Shown here in pieces: positions 1 through 10,510 of a DNA stretch of 64,000 nucleotides (within the stretch, counting starts at the first letter, position 1; the number at the start of each line of letters is the position of its first letter). Position numbers and translations under genes: made by a program. This stretch comes from Fidelibacterota bacterium (GTDB taxonomy: Bacteria; Fidelibacterota; Marinisomatia; Marinisomatales; TCS56): contig JBDRBK010000070.1 of assembly GCA_043822705.1 (NCBI GenBank), forward strand, positions 23,609 through 87,608, given 5' to 3'. The notes beneath the pieces were generated by a model, which was not told where the DNA came from, did not search any database, and was given only the letters and a program-made list of their open reading frames with translations.

Positions 1-615
1 CGTGAACTGTGGATTTATCTTGGAGTAGCTATCGTTTTTATCCTGTTCTGTTATGATGGAATGATCGAGCGCTGGGAAGGAATACTGCTGTTTTCCGGTT
101 TAATCGCCTACGTCTGGATGCATATAAAATATCCGCCGGACTGTGTTGAAGAACCGGAAACTAATTTCGGGACCATCCCGAGAAATATTCTGATATTACT
201 GCTGGGAATCAGTCTGCTGACCTTTGGGGCCGATCTGTTCGTCCGGGGGGCGGTAGCGGTAGCCACGCAGATGGGTATTTCCGAAATCGTAATCGGGATG
301 ACGGTTGTCGCCCTGGGCACCTCACTACCGGAATTAGCTACATCGGTAGTAGCCGCTTTTCGCAAACAAAGCGGGATATCGATTGGTAACATTGTCGGCT
401 CCAATCTTTTCAATATTCTATCGGTGATCGGGCTGGTCTCGATTATCCGTCCGCTACAGGTGGACCCGGCGATACTGAATCTGGAATTGCCGCTGATGCT
501 GGCGTTTGGCGTCGCTCTGTTCCCGATCGCACGGATGGTGCAGCCGATTCCCCGCCCGGCAACGGCTGTTTTATTAATATCCTATATCGGAATAATGATT
601 TGGATGTTTATCTGA
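1..615 (+). CDS. Calcium/sodium antiporter (YrbG family), 5'-truncated
   Basis: Frame is open from base 1; alpha-repeat motifs GTSLPELATS and GNIVGSNLFN; multiple hydrophobic helices. Confidence 0.9.
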   Translation, partial: RELWIYLGVAIVFILFCYDGMIERWEGILLFSGLIAYVWMHIKYPPDCVEEPETNFGTIPRNILILLLGISLLTFGADLFVRGAVAVATQMGISEIVIGMTVVALGTSLPELATSVVAAFRKQSGISIGNIVGSNLFNILSVIGLVSIIRPLQVDPAILNLELPLMLAFGVALFPIARMVQPIPRPATAVLLISYIGIMIWMFI

Positions 616-685
616 TGATCCTTTTCAATCGTATATTTAGTCCGACTGATTTACCGCCGGGAAGCGGATTGTCGATAATTAGATT

Positions 686-1336
686 ATGATTACACTGGAA
701 AAAGTATCCTACTCGTATAAAAAATGGCTGGGGGTAAGCGATGTCAGCCTGAAAGTGGAAAAAGGTGAGTTCACCTATATTATCGGGCCGACAGGATCCG
801 GGAAAACGACACTGATGCGGCTGATCTACCTGGAACTTTTTCCCGATGAAGGCCGTGTCTTGATCAATGGTTACGATACATCGCGGATCAAGAAAAGGCA
901 TATTCCCCGCATCCGGAAAAATATCGGCATGATCTTTCAAAACTACAATTTATTATCCGATCGCAATCTTTTCGCCAATGTGGCATTGCCGCTGCATGTT
1001 CTGGGTGTTTCATCCAGCGAAATTCGTGAACGGGTCGGTACGATGCTCAATGAAGTCGGTCTCTTCGGTAAGGAGCAGCACTATCCCAACGAACTATCCG
1101 GTGGTGAGCAGCAGCGTGCCTGTATCGCCCGGGCGCTGGTCAAACAACCGGATATAATTCTGGCCGATGAACCGACGGGCAACCTGGATCCGATCACTGC
1201 CTACGATCTGATGGAATTGATGGATAAAATCAATGCCGACGGCACGGCGATATTCATGGCTTCCCATAATTATACGCTGATTCGCGACCGTGGCCACCGG
1301 ATCGTTCAGATTCAGGAAGGCAAACTGCGCGCCTGA
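686..1336 (+). CDS. ftsE: Cell division ATP-binding protein FtsE
   Basis: Walker [17 protein letters not shown] signature, [10 protein letters not shown]; directly upstream of an ftsX-like gene. Confidence 0.93.
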   Translation: MITLEKVSYSYKKWLGVSDVSLKVEKGEFTYIIGPTGSGKTTLMRLIYLELFPDEGRVLINGYDTSRIKKRHIPRIRKNIGMIFQNYNLLSDRNLFANVALPLHVLGVSSSEIRERVGTMLNEVGLFGKEQHYPNELSGGEQQRACIARALVKQPDIILADEPTGNLDPITAYDLMELMDKINADGTAIFMASHNYTLIRDRGHRIVQIQEGKLRA

Positions 1337-1338
1337 TC

Positions 1339-2208
1339 ATGGATAAATTTCTGTTTCTGATCGGCGAAGGATTCAAGAATCTGTGGCGATTCAAAGTTAC
1401 CACCGTGACGTCGATAATTTCGGTGTTCATGACCCTGTACCTGATCGGTATCTTGTTTACCATCGGCGACAATTCACAGAAACTGATCGTATACCTGCGG
1501 TCCAAGTACAAAATCGAAGTCTTTTTTAAAAACAGCGTCAGTGATGCTCAAGCCAAACTTCTGACTGACGAAATCCAGAAAATACCTGGTGTCCGGTCCG
1601 CCACCCTGATCGATCGTAATGACGCCGCCACGATATTCCGGCAGCAATTCGGCGATGACATTCTTAGTATCTTGAATGAGAATCCGCTGCCGGCCAGTTG
1701 CGTTGTCAATATCAGTCGCACCCAGACATCGGCATTGGATATTGCACCGTTGATCGACCGTATTAATGCAATCGATGGTGTCGACGAAATCAATTTCCAG
1801 GGTCGCCTGATCAGCCGGATCGAACGTTACTATGAATTCTTGTATAAAGTGATCGTCGTGGCCGCCGTCGCCATATTGCTGGTGACGCTGTCGATCATTT
1901 CCAATACCATCAAATTGACATTTTACGTGCGCGCCGATCTGATCCAGGCCCTGAAACTGGTCGGTGCCAGCAACCTGTTCATAAAAATTCCATTTATCAT
2001 CGATGGTCTGTTACAGGGTCTGATCGGGTCTTTGCTGGCCGCCGCCGCACTGTATGGAACCATTTCCGCCGCAAATCATTTTATTGCACTGGTGACCACG
2101 CAAATCAGGATTTCGAGCGATTTGTTCGTCGGAATCTGGCTGGTGGCGGCGGCGGTACTGATCGGCATGATCGGTGCCAGCCGGGCGACGGCCAAGCTCC
2201 TGCGATGA
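1339..2208 (+). CDS. ftsX: Cell division permease FtsX
   Basis: N-terminal TM, periplasmic domain (NPLPAS), C-terminal TMs with ISNTIKL...LKLVGA. Confidence 0.92.
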   Translation: MDKFLFLIGEGFKNLWRFKVTTVTSIISVFMTLYLIGILFTIGDNSQKLIVYLRSKYKIEVFFKNSVSDAQAKLLTDEIQKIPGVRSATLIDRNDAATIFRQQFGDDILSILNENPLPASCVVNISRTQTSALDIAPLIDRINAIDGVDEINFQGRLISRIERYYEFLYKVIVVAAVAILLVTLSIISNTIKLTFYVRADLIQALKLVGASNLFIKIPFIIDGLLQGLIGSLLAAAALYGTISAANHFIALVTTQIRISSDLFVGIWLVAAAVLIGMIGASRATAKLLR

Positions 2209-2229
2209 ACGGTGGCTGAATTTTTGACC

Positions 2230-2259
2230 TTGACTGATTTTTTTTTAAAGGCCTAATAT
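2230..2259 (+). promoter_or_regulatory. Putative sigma-70 promoter of hrcA
   Basis: TTGACT-N18-TAATAT just upstream of the hrcA start codon. Confidence 0.4.
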
Positions 2260-2266
2260 CCACAAT

Positions 2267-3298
2267 ATGATTAATCATCCAAAAATAACATTGACCGAGC
2301 GTGAACAACTGGTTCTCAAGATCACGGTCGAGAATTATATCGAACTGATGCGACCGGTGAGTTCCAATTTTATCCGAAGTCGCCATCTGCCGACCCTCAG
2401 CCCGGCGACGATCCGCAATACCCTGGCGCAGTTGGAGCAGTATGGATTGCTGTCCCATATGTACACATCGTCCGGGCGGGTGCCGACCGATGCCGGCTAT
2501 CGTTATTATGTGGATCAATTATTGAAGATCGACAGTATTCCGGGCAATCTGGATGACCAGCTTAACCGGCTGCTGACAAGTGTCAGTAATAATGTCGATG
2601 AGCTGATGCAGGCCGTGGCGGGAATGCTGTCCCAGGTCAGTCGCCTGTTCGGACTGGTGTTGATCGGGCGCTACCAGGAAAGCATATTAAGCGATATCGA
2701 GCTGGTGCCGCTGGCATCGGACCGGATCATGATGGTGCTGGCAATGAAGTCCGGTCTCGTTCGTTCGATCGTTCTGAATCTGAACGTTTCGGTGTTGCGG
2801 GATGTTTTGGATGTCGTAATCAGTGTTTTAAAGGAGCGGTTACTGGGACTGACGCTTAAAGAGATCCAGAACACTATCGATGACCGGCTGCGTGACAGCG
2901 ATATCTATGGTCATGAGTTAATTCAAGTATTGATAAATGATCCTGCACTGCATTTCAGTATCACTCAGAATAAAATCATTTATCAGTCTACACTTATACC
3001 ATTACTTGAACATCCTGAATTTCAGGATGTGGAAATCCTGCAGCGTACGATAGCCGGACTGGATACCCAACGGATGATCGGCTATCTGGCAAACCAGATC
3101 GGGGATCAGCCTAACAATATTTTAATCGGACATGAAAACAGTGATGTCTATCTCGATCATTGTTCCCTGGTGTCGACGAGATTTGATTCAGCCAACCTGA
3201 TGGGCCAGTTAGTGATTCTGGGTCCGACACGGTTGCCGTACAAGCATGTTCAATTAATTCTTAAACAATTTGCGGAGATTTTACCCGATGTCTGCTGA
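2267..3298 (+). CDS. hrcA: Heat-inducible transcription repressor HrcA
   Basis: LSPATIRN, HMYTSSGRVPTDAGYRYYVD and ILGPTRL motifs. Confidence 0.95.
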   Translation: MINHPKITLTEREQLVLKITVENYIELMRPVSSNFIRSRHLPTLSPATIRNTLAQLEQYGLLSHMYTSSGRVPTDAGYRYYVDQLLKIDSIPGNLDDQLNRLLTSVSNNVDELMQAVAGMLSQVSRLFGLVLIGRYQESILSDIELVPLASDRIMMVLAMKSGLVRSIVLNLNVSVLRDVLDVVISVLKERLLGLTLKEIQNTIDDRLRDSDIYGHELIQVLINDPALHFSITQNKIIYQSTLIPLLEHPEFQDVEILQRTIAGLDTQRMIGYLANQIGDQPNNILIGHENSDVYLDHCSLVSTRFDSANLMGQLVILGPTRLPYKHVQLILKQFAEILPDVC

Positions 3299-3851
3299 GC
3301 CTGTCGATAAATCCAAGCAGAAAGAAGTCAGTGAGTCCAATGTCTCGAATACCGGAACCGAGGCAATCCCAAAAAAGAAAAAGATTGTTACCGAGAAAAA
3401 ACTGATCGCCGATTTACGGCAAGAGGTACAGGATTTGGGAGAAAAGAATCTGCGGCTGCGCGCCGAATTTGATAATTACCGGCGCCGTAAGGATCTGGAA
3501 TTCATCAAACTGCTGGAATATGAGGGCGATAGTATTTTCCGGGCGATTCTACCGGTCATGGACGACCTGGAACGGGTGGAAAGCGCGCTGGCGGATAGCG
3601 GCGGCAGTATCAAGAAGACGGCGCAGGGAATTTCCCTGGTTATCGCCAAATTCAGGAAGATTCTGGAAGAACGGGGCGTGTCCGCCTTTGTATCGGTGGG
3701 CGCGCTGCTGGATTCAAATTTCCATGATGCCATGATGGTGCTGCAGCAACCGGACAAACAGGACAATGAAATCATTCAGGAACATGAAAAAGGTTATAAA
3801 TACAAGGATAAAGTACTGCGGCATGCCAAGGTAGTTGTGAATAAATTATGA
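3288..3851 (+). CDS. grpE: Nucleotide exchange factor GrpE
   Basis: [13 protein letters not shown] and [20 protein letters not shown] at 3288 preferred over the track start. Confidence 0.95.
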   Translation: MSAEPVDKSKQKEVSESNVSNTGTEAIPKKKKIVTEKKLIADLRQEVQDLGEKNLRLRAEFDNYRRRKDLEFIKLLEYEGDSIFRAILPVMDDLERVESALADSGGSIKKTAQGISLVIAKFRKILEERGVSAFVSVGALLDSNFHDAMMVLQQPDKQDNEIIQEHEKGYKYKDKVLRHAKVVVNKL

Positions 3852-4990
3852 GAGATCTTTATGAAGTATTGGGTGTTGCCAAAGATGCCTCCAAGGATGA
3901 GATAAAGAAATCCTACCGTAAAATCGCCATGAAATATCATCCGGATCGAAATCCGGGTGACAAGGAGGCGGAACAGAAATTCAAAGAAGCGGCGGAAGCC
4001 TATGCCGTCCTGAACGACGACCAGAAACGTCAGCAATACGATCAGTTCGGACATGCCGGTGTCGGTCTGGGTGAGCAGGGTGGCGGTTTTGGCGGCGGGT
4101 TCGGCGGATTCGGCGGTTTTGATCTTTCGGACGCATTACGGATTTTCATGGATGGTTTCGGTGGTGGTGGTGGTGGTTTCGGCGGTTTCGAGGATTTCTT
4201 CGGTGGCGGCGGGCGTCGGCAGCAGGTCCACAAAGCCCGTGATATGCGGGTCACGATCGCCCTCGATCTGACGGAAATCTATTCCGGGATCGAGAAAACG
4301 ATTAAGGTCAAGCGGGCGGAAACCTGTGATCAATGCGACGGGACCGGTGCTAAACCAGGCACCAGCGCCAGTAAATGCAAACACTGCGGAGGATCAGGAC
4401 AGATTCGCCAGATGACTCGAACCCTGTTCGGCCAATCGGTGGTAGTACGCGAGTGCCCGGTATGCAATGGCAGCGGCGAAATGATTGAACAGCGCTGCGG
4501 AACCTGCGGTGGTGATGGTATCGTCCGGAAAACGGCTGAAATCAAGATCAACGTGCCCGCCGGCGTCGCTACCGGGAATTACATGACGCTGCGGGGGCAG
4601 GGCAATAAGGGCGGCAAGGGCGTGCTGGTAGGAGACCTGATCGTATTCTTCGAAGAAAAGGAACATCCGCATTTTGTCCGGCATGGCAACGATGTATTCC
4701 TGGAAGCACTGATTTCGATCAGCCAGGCCATCCTGGGTGCTGAAATCGAAGTGCCGACACTGGAAGGGCGAGCCAGCCTGAAAGTTCCGGCGGGAATACA
4801 ATCGGGGACAATTCTCAGAATGAGAAACAAGGGCTTCAAGGAACTGAACGGTCCGTACCGCGGCGACCAGTTGATCCGGATTCAGATCGAGACACCAAAG
4901 AAATTGTCCGCCCATCAGAAGGAAATGTTGAAAAATTTTGAATCGGTCGTCGGTAAACATCAGGTTATATTTCAAAAAGTAAAAATTTGA
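3848..4990 (+). CDS. dnaJ: Chaperone DnaJ
   Basis: J domain with HPD, G/F-rich linker, four CxxCxGxG zinc-finger repeats. Confidence 0.97.
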   Translation: MRDLYEVLGVAKDASKDEIKKSYRKIAMKYHPDRNPGDKEAEQKFKEAAEAYAVLNDDQKRQQYDQFGHAGVGLGEQGGGFGGGFGGFGGFDLSDALRIFMDGFGGGGGGFGGFEDFFGGGGRRQQVHKARDMRVTIALDLTEIYSGIEKTIKVKRAETCDQCDGTGAKPGTSASKCKHCGGSGQIRQMTRTLFGQSVVVRECPVCNGSGEMIEQRCGTCGGDGIVRKTAEIKINVPAGVATGNYMTLRGQGNKGGKGVLVGDLIVFFEEKEHPHFVRHGNDVFLEALISISQAILGAEIEVPTLEGRASLKVPAGIQSGTILRMRNKGFKELNGPYRGDQLIRIQIETPKKLSAHQKEMLKNFESVVGKHQVIFQKVKI

Positions 4991-5412
4991 AGGACGTTTT
5001 TACCAGTCAGGAAAAACTGATTATCAGGTTTTTAGCCGGAGCCATTATTATCGGCGTGATTGTGGGCACGGTCCGGCGCTGCGCCGATTACGACCAGCAA
5101 TTGACGACATCTGTCGATCGGCAACTGGTGGAATTTCAGGAAGCGGTCAATTCCAGTGCGAAAGAAAACGGCACAGAATCAGGAACCGAGCTTTCCGCAG
5201 AAATCGGCGACCCGGATACACTGCCGGTAAATATCAATACAGCATCCAAGGAACAGTTAATGACCCTGCCAAAAATCGGCCCGGTGACCGCAGAAAGGAT
5301 TATACGTTATCGGGAAGATTTTGGTAACTTTACTGACTTGGATGAGTTAAAAAATGTTAAAGGAATCGGTCCGAAGACGTTTGAACAACTTCGAGCATTA
5401 ATAACTTTATGA
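4987..5412 (+). CDS. comEA: ComEA-family helix-hairpin-helix DNA-binding protein
   Basis: N-terminal [22 protein letters not shown] and VKGIGPKT HhH motifs. Confidence 0.85.
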   Translation: MKDVFTSQEKLIIRFLAGAIIIGVIVGTVRRCADYDQQLTTSVDRQLVEFQEAVNSSAKENGTESGTELSAEIGDPDTLPVNINTASKEQLMTLPKIGPVTAERIIRYREDFGNFTDLDELKNVKGIGPKTFEQLRALITL

Positions 5413-5429
5413 CTTCAAGGATATAAGAA

Positions 5430-6173
5430 ATGGGCACGCGCGCGAAACAATTGTTAGCGGATGGACTTGAATTTTTAATCATATTCGCACTCATCTTGAT
5501 GATTATATCGATTTATGTTCCACGAGCGATCTGGGATACGGAAGAAGAGCTGCAGCAAACCAGCCGCTTCCGAATGCAGAATATCTACGAAGTCGAGGAT
5601 TTCTATCATCAGTTAAAAGGTGAGTATTCCTCCGATCCGCTGTGGGCTTTGAACGTGGTCAATGCGATCCGCGATTCATTAACCGCAGACACCACTTTTC
5701 TGGAAGATCAGGTATTGAATCTGGCCGGCAAATCAATAAATGTCAATATCCCGGCCGGCTGGAGTACGGTTTTCGATACGACCTTCGGTTTCAGGAAAGT
5801 CCGCAAAGATACAATCTCCTATATGCAGTACGAGGTCGTGACCTATATCGAGGCCAGGAACGCTTACGACACACTGTTTGTCCAGTACAATGAAATGCTG
5901 GCGATGAAAGAAAATCCGACTTTTGTCAATGTGGCTTCCGAGAATGAGGTCCAACGTGTGGAGGCGGTCACTTATTACACTTCCTATATGCCGGATTCCA
6001 GCTATTTTTATTGTCCGTTAACCCAGCAGCCTTATGCGGTCACCCTCGAGAAAGGAATCAAGATTGCCAGCCCGATAGCAGATGCGGTAACGGAAAGACG
6101 TTATCTGATCTTTTCTTTCCGAGCTGAAAATCACGGCTATATTGAAGACGGGGTGCCGAGCTGGCAGATGTAA
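5430..6173 (+). CDS. Hypothetical membrane-anchored protein
   Basis: 247-aa ORF with AAGGA RBS and one N-terminal hydrophobic helix. Confidence 0.75.
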   Translation: MGTRAKQLLADGLEFLIIFALILMIISIYVPRAIWDTEEELQQTSRFRMQNIYEVEDFYHQLKGEYSSDPLWALNVVNAIRDSLTADTTFLEDQVLNLAGKSINVNIPAGWSTVFDTTFGFRKVRKDTISYMQYEVVTYIEARNAYDTLFVQYNEMLAMKENPTFVNVASENEVQRVEAVTYYTSYMPDSSYFYCPLTQQPYAVTLEKGIKIASPIADAVTERRYLIFSFRAENHGYIEDGVPSWQM

Positions 6174-6217
6174 AATTCGGCGCCCGGCATATTTTTACGG
6201 TTGAATTCAAATTACAG

Positions 6218-6244
6218 GCGGAACGTTTTTCAGCGTTCCGCTTT
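6218..6244 (+). terminator. Putative hairpin/terminator
   Basis: GCGGAACG-N8-CGTTCCGC followed by TTT, in an intergenic position. Confidence 0.4.
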
Positions 6245-6274
6245 ACATTATCGCTAAGTTTGCGCTAAATCCCC

Positions 6275-6790
6275 ATGAATATTTTAGCCGGCAGTTTCAA
6301 GGGCCGAAAGATTATAACCAGACCTGACCTGGATTATCGTCCGACGACTGGTATCGTTCGCAAGAGTCTGTTTGAGATTCTCGGACCGCTTACCGATCTG
6401 GTAGTACTGGATTTGTTTGCCGGTACCGGAATCCTGGGCTTTGAAGCCGCCAGTCGCGGCGCTGCTCAGGTCGTTTTTGTCGAGATTCAGCAACAGGCTG
6501 TCAAGCTGCTGCATGCCAATATCCGGAAATTCCCCGAAACCCGGTTTGACGTAATCCGGGGAGATGTATCCGGATATTTACACGACTGTCCGGTATTCGA
6601 TTTAATCCTGGCCGATCCTCCTTACGGGAAAGTCGACATGGCAAGATTGATCGATTCGAGCCGGCTGAAACTGGGTCAAAGCGGTAAATTTATTCTTGAA
6701 TCGTCAATTCGCGATAAATTACCGGAAGGATACAGTCGTGAGAAGCGCTTTGGTGAAACACGCATCACTATTTGGGAGCCGCTGACATGA
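6275..6790 (+). CDS. rsmD: 16S rRNA m2G966 methyltransferase RsmD
   Basis: RPT, LDLFAGTG and DPPY motifs; adjacent to coaD. Confidence 0.9.
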   Translation: MNILAGSFKGRKIITRPDLDYRPTTGIVRKSLFEILGPLTDLVVLDLFAGTGILGFEAASRGAAQVVFVEIQQQAVKLLHANIRKFPETRFDVIRGDVSGYLHDCPVFDLILADPPYGKVDMARLIDSSRLKLGQSGKFILESSIRDKLPEGYSREKRFGETRITIWEPLT

Positions 6791-7275
6791 AAAAAGTAAT
6801 ATACCCGGGGTCATTCGATCCGGTGACTTACGGCCATCTTGATATCGCCCGGCGCGCGGCCAGGCTGTTTGACGAAGTTATCTTTGTCGTGGCGGTCAAT
6901 CCAACCAAGAAACCGCTATTCACGACTGCCGAACGGGTAAATCTGATCCGGGAAGCGACCGGAAACATCGCTGGTATCACCGTCACTTCGTCGGATGATC
7001 TGATCGCCAATTTCGCGCGAAAGGAGTCGGCAGTTGCCTTGATTCGGGGTCTGCGCCACGTCAGCGATTTCGAATACGAATTCCAGATGGCGATGATGAA
7101 CTACCACTTAAACCCGGAAGTGGCAACCGTCCTGCTGATACCGCACGAGAAATACGTCCATCTGAATTCAACGGTGATCAAAGATATCGTCCGGCTTGGC
7201 GGCGATGTCAGTGAATTTATTCCCGAGAATGTATTTTCGGCCTTGCGGGCAAAATTATTCACCAGAAAAATATGA
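6787..7275 (+). CDS. coaD: Pantetheine-phosphate adenylyltransferase
   Basis: YPGSFDPVTYGHLDI and RGLRHVSDFEYE. Confidence 0.96.
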   Translation: MKKVIYPGSFDPVTYGHLDIARRAARLFDEVIFVVAVNPTKKPLFTTAERVNLIREATGNIAGITVTSSDDLIANFARKESAVALIRGLRHVSDFEYEFQMAMMNYHLNPEVATVLLIPHEKYVHLNSTVIKDIVRLGGDVSEFIPENVFSALRAKLFTRKI

Positions 7276-7321
7276 TCAGCACCGGAAGATGAGTGTGAGA
7301 AAAGAAAGGTACCTGTAGACG

Positions 7322-7609
7322 ATGCCAACCTACGATTATCGCTGTTCGATCTGTGGCCACCAATTCGAGCATTTTCAATCGATGTTTGATGAACCGTTAA
7401 AATCGTGTCCGAAGTGCAATTCGGCCGTGCGCCGGGTGATCAGTGGCGGCAGCGGCCTGATTTTCAAGGGTTCCGGTTTTTACATAACCGATTACAAGGC
7501 TAAAAATTCCCAGAGCGGACCACCGGCCAGGAAAGCCGGTCCTGACGGTAAAACCGAATCGGAGAATAAAACAGCGTCCAAACCGGCCACAAAAGAGAAA
7601 AACGACTGA
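7322..7609 (+). CDS. FmdB-family zinc ribbon protein
   Basis: MPTYDYRCxxC...CPKC...FKGSGFYITDY. Confidence 0.9.
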   Translation: MPTYDYRCSICGHQFEHFQSMFDEPLKSCPKCNSAVRRVISGGSGLIFKGSGFYITDYKAKNSQSGPPARKAGPDGKTESENKTASKPATKEKND

Positions 7610-7687
7610 ATTCAGCGATCGAAAGCTGGAACCATTCTCAGATATATGTAAATCCGGATCGAATTTCGTCTTATTTTCCGCAATAAT

Positions 7688-8668
7688 ATGTTTATCGATT
7701 ATGCCCAGATCGAATTGATTGCCGGCGACGGCGGACCGGGAGTGGTCAGTTTCCGACGCGCCAAGTTCGTTCCCAAAGGCGGACCAGACGGGGGAGATGG
7801 GGGAGACGGTGGCAGCATAATATTCCGTGTCGATCCTCAGTTGAACACATTGCAGGATTTCCGTTATCGTAAAATTTATAAGGCCCGCAAAGGCGACCAA
7901 GGCGGTTCGTCACTCAAGACCGGGCGCAGTGGCGCCGATATAGTCATTTCCATACCGCCCGGGACGACCATTAAGGCCGCCGATAGTGGTAGAATTCTTG
8001 CGGATCTGACCGAACCGGGACAGGATTACATTGCCTGCCACGGCGGCAAAGGTGGCAAGGGTAACGCAAATTTCAAATCGGCTACCAACCAGACCCCGCG
8101 TTATGCCCAGCCGGGACTGCCGGGCGAGCGGGGTGTATTTGATATCGAATTGAAAGTCCTGGCCGATATCGGGCTGGTCGGACTGCCGAACGCCGGGAAA
8201 TCGACTTTGTTGTCGAAAATCTCCGCCGCCCGTCCGAAGATCGCCGATTATCCGTTCACGACGCTGCAGCCGTACCTGGGAATCGTCAAATACGGTGATT
8301 ACCGGTCGTTCGTCATGGCCGATATTCCGGGTCTGATCGAAGGCGCCAGCACCGGCAAGGGATTGGGACACCAATTTCTCCGCCATATCGAACGTAACCG
8401 GGTTTTGTTGTACCTGATCGATGTGAGTGAAGCAGACCCGGCCGGGGTGTTTCGGACCCTCAAATCCGAACTGATCAACTACAATGTTGATTTAAATCTG
8501 AAAAAATATATCATCGTGCGCACCAAAATGGATTTATTCCCTGCTGATTCCGAAATCCCGCCATGGGATCAATTCCCCGAAGCATTTATTGATATTTCCG
8601 CTGTGACCGGCGCCGGATTGAAAAACCTGGTCGACTCGATCGTGGAAATATTGAATGCAGAACAGTGA
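7688..8668 (+). CDS. obgE: GTPase ObgE
   Basis: Gly-rich Obg domain; GLPNAGKST, YPFTT and DIPG motifs. Confidence 0.96.
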   Translation: MFIDYAQIELIAGDGGPGVVSFRRAKFVPKGGPDGGDGGDGGSIIFRVDPQLNTLQDFRYRKIYKARKGDQGGSSLKTGRSGADIVISIPPGTTIKAADSGRILADLTEPGQDYIACHGGKGGKGNANFKSATNQTPRYAQPGLPGERGVFDIELKVLADIGLVGLPNAGKSTLLSKISAARPKIADYPFTTLQPYLGIVKYGDYRSFVMADIPGLIEGASTGKGLGHQFLRHIERNRVLLYLIDVSEADPAGVFRTLKSELINYNVDLNLKKYIIVRTKMDLFPADSEIPPWDQFPEAFIDISAVTGAGLKNLVDSIVEILNAEQ

Positions 8669-9749
8669 ACTGATTGCACTAATCAATCTTTTGAGTGTAA
8701 ACGGTATCGGACCGCAGAAGGCCCGAAACCTTGTATCTTTTTTTAAACAACCATCGGAAGTATTCAATCAACCAGTCTCTGAACTATGCCGGGTCGATGG
8801 AATCGATCTGAAATCGGCGGAAAAAATTCGGCGCTTCGATGATTTTGGACGTGGTACAACCATTGTCGATCGATTGCAGGAATTAAATGCCGGTACGGTA
8901 ACAATCTGGGATGCGGACTACCCGTTGTTATTGAAAAAAATTTACGATCCGCCGCCATTACTATACTTCTTGGGACAGCCGCTGGTAAATCTGGAGGATG
9001 GAGTTGCGGTGGTCGGTTCGCGTTCCACTACGGCGTATGGCCGATCCACCGCCAAAGCGATTACCCTGGAACTGGTAAATTCGGGACTGACGACCGTCAG
9101 TGGACTGGCACGGGGCATCGATTCTGTCGTCCATCTGGAAACGGTTAATTCCGGTGGCCGTACGATCGCTGTACTGGGTAATGGAATCGATCTGATCTAT
9201 CCGGCGGAAAACCATAAACTGGCGGAAAAAATAATGCGGAATGGTACGATTATCAGCGAATTTCCGCCGGGAACAAAACCGGATGCCGGCAATTTCCCCC
9301 AGCGCAACCGGATTATCAGCGGGCTAAGCCACGCCACGGTCGTAGTCGAGGCCGGCGACCGTAGCGGCGCGATGTTGACCGCCCTGAATGCTGTCGACCA
9401 GAACCGCGATGTTTTTGCCGTGCCAGGCCGTATGACCGATAAACAGAGTGTTGGTTGCCTGCGGTTAATCAGTCATGGCGCAGTGCCGGTAGTGCGGCCG
9501 GACATTATCACCGAAATGATAGAGAAACGGTTATTCCATCCCCGGGTTGCCCGGCAGCAGGTCATCAATCTGGAGTTGACCGAAAGCGAGCGGCTGGTTG
9601 TTGACCAACTCAGTCACGACCCGGTGCATATTGACGATCTGGCCCAACGGACGGGCCTGGAAATTACCCGGCTGCTGACGGTATTGCTGGAACTGGAATT
9701 GAAAAATGCCGTAATCCAGATGAGCGGGAAGCAATTTGTCCTGTCCTGA
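8655..9749 (+). CDS. dprA: DNA-processing protein DprA
   Basis: VVGSR, VSGLARGID and FPQRNRIISGLS; C-terminal winged helix. Confidence 0.95.
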   Translation: MQNSELIALINLLSVNGIGPQKARNLVSFFKQPSEVFNQPVSELCRVDGIDLKSAEKIRRFDDFGRGTTIVDRLQELNAGTVTIWDADYPLLLKKIYDPPPLLYFLGQPLVNLEDGVAVVGSRSTTAYGRSTAKAITLELVNSGLTTVSGLARGIDSVVHLETVNSGGRTIAVLGNGIDLIYPAENHKLAEKIMRNGTIISEFPPGTKPDAGNFPQRNRIISGLSHATVVVEAGDRSGAMLTALNAVDQNRDVFAVPGRMTDKQSVGCLRLISHGAVPVVRPDIITEMIEKRLFHPRVARQQVINLELTESERLVVDQLSHDPVHIDDLAQRTGLEITRLLTVLLELELKNAVIQMSGKQFVLS

Positions 9750-9845
9750 CGAAATTTCGGATTGTTAAACCAGACGACCGGCGGTAATTTTGCCAGCCTT
9801 GTTAGTCGAAAAACCATTCGATTAGATTTTTTACAGCATAAACTT

Positions 9846-9938
9846 GGAGAGGTGGCCGAGCCGGCTGAAGGCGCCCGCCTGCTAAGTGGGTATAGGCAGT
9901 GATCCTGTCTATCCAGGGTTCGAATCCCTGCCTCTCCG
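9846..9938 (+). tRNA. tRNA-Ser(GCT)
   Basis: Acceptor stem GGAGAGG/CCTCTCC, anticodon arm CCCGC-CTGCTAA-GTGGG, long variable arm, GGTTCGAATCC; CCA not encoded. Confidence 0.95.
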
Positions 9939-9943
9939 CAACT

Positions 9944-10017
9944 GGCGTCGTACCCAAGTGGTCCAAGGGAGCGGTCTGCAAAACCGCGATTCATCGGTTC
10001 GAATCCGATCGACGCCT
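9944..10017 (+). tRNA. tRNA-Cys(GCA)
   Basis: Acceptor stem GGCGTCG/CGACGCC, anticodon arm GCGGT-CTGCAAA-ACCGC, T-arm ATCGG-TTCGAAT-CCGAT. Confidence 0.95.
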
Positions 10018-10090
10018 CGGAATCAATTACGAATTGCCAATTATCAATTCTCTTTTTCTTAATTCATAATTCTCGATTGATCATTGATTC

Positions 10091-10174
10091 GCCCGGGTGG
10101 TGGAATTGGTAGACACAAGGGACTTAAAATCCCTCGGTAGCGATACCGTGCCGGTTCAAGTCCGGCCCCGGGTA
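10091..10174 (+). tRNA. tRNA-Leu(TAA)
   Basis: Acceptor stem GCCCGGG/CCCGGGT, anticodon arm AGGGA-CTTAAAA-TCCCT, variable arm, GGTTCAAGTCC. Confidence 0.95.
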
Positions 10175-10180
10175 CAGCGG

Positions 10181-10205
10181 CCCATCTGTTGCAGATGGGT
10201 TTTTT
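10181..10205 (+). terminator. Rho-independent terminator after tRNA-Leu
   Basis: CCCATCTG-TTG-CAGATGGG followed by TTTTTT. Confidence 0.85.
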
Positions 10206-10332
10206 ATTTATGGGAACATCGTCACCGACTGGTGATGCAACCACGGATTGTACCAAAGGAGTCTCAACGGGACACTGATTTCACTGATAATAATCATCAC
10301 CTATAGGCTAAACCTGTTGCCAGTACGCCGTT

Positions 10333-10403
10333 GACTGCCGTAAAATCCGCCATGTCAACCGGAAATGGGAACCGCGCCTGTTGCCTTTTACTGACTGTTG
10401 TTA
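10333..10403. repeat. Imperfect direct repeat, copy 1 (about 70 bp)
   Basis: GACTGCCGTAAAATC...GGGAACCGC...TTTTACTG.CTGTTGTTA; about 60 of 71 positions match copy 2 by manual alignment. Confidence 0.8.
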
Positions 10404-10510
10404 CCGGGAAGGGAAGAGTGTTATTAATTGGAGAATTTTTAATGATGGTAATTTATCCTGGTCAGGGATTCCAGGTAAATAATCGACAATAACGGGTGAT
10501 CGAAAACAGC

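Noticed and set aside
4078..4213. GGCGGT/GGTGGT low-complexity repeats
   Set aside because: They encode the normal G/F-rich linker of DnaJ.
10059..10306. Short ORFs 10097-10306 (+) and 10059-10256 (-)
   Set aside because: They overlap tRNA-Leu and its terminator.
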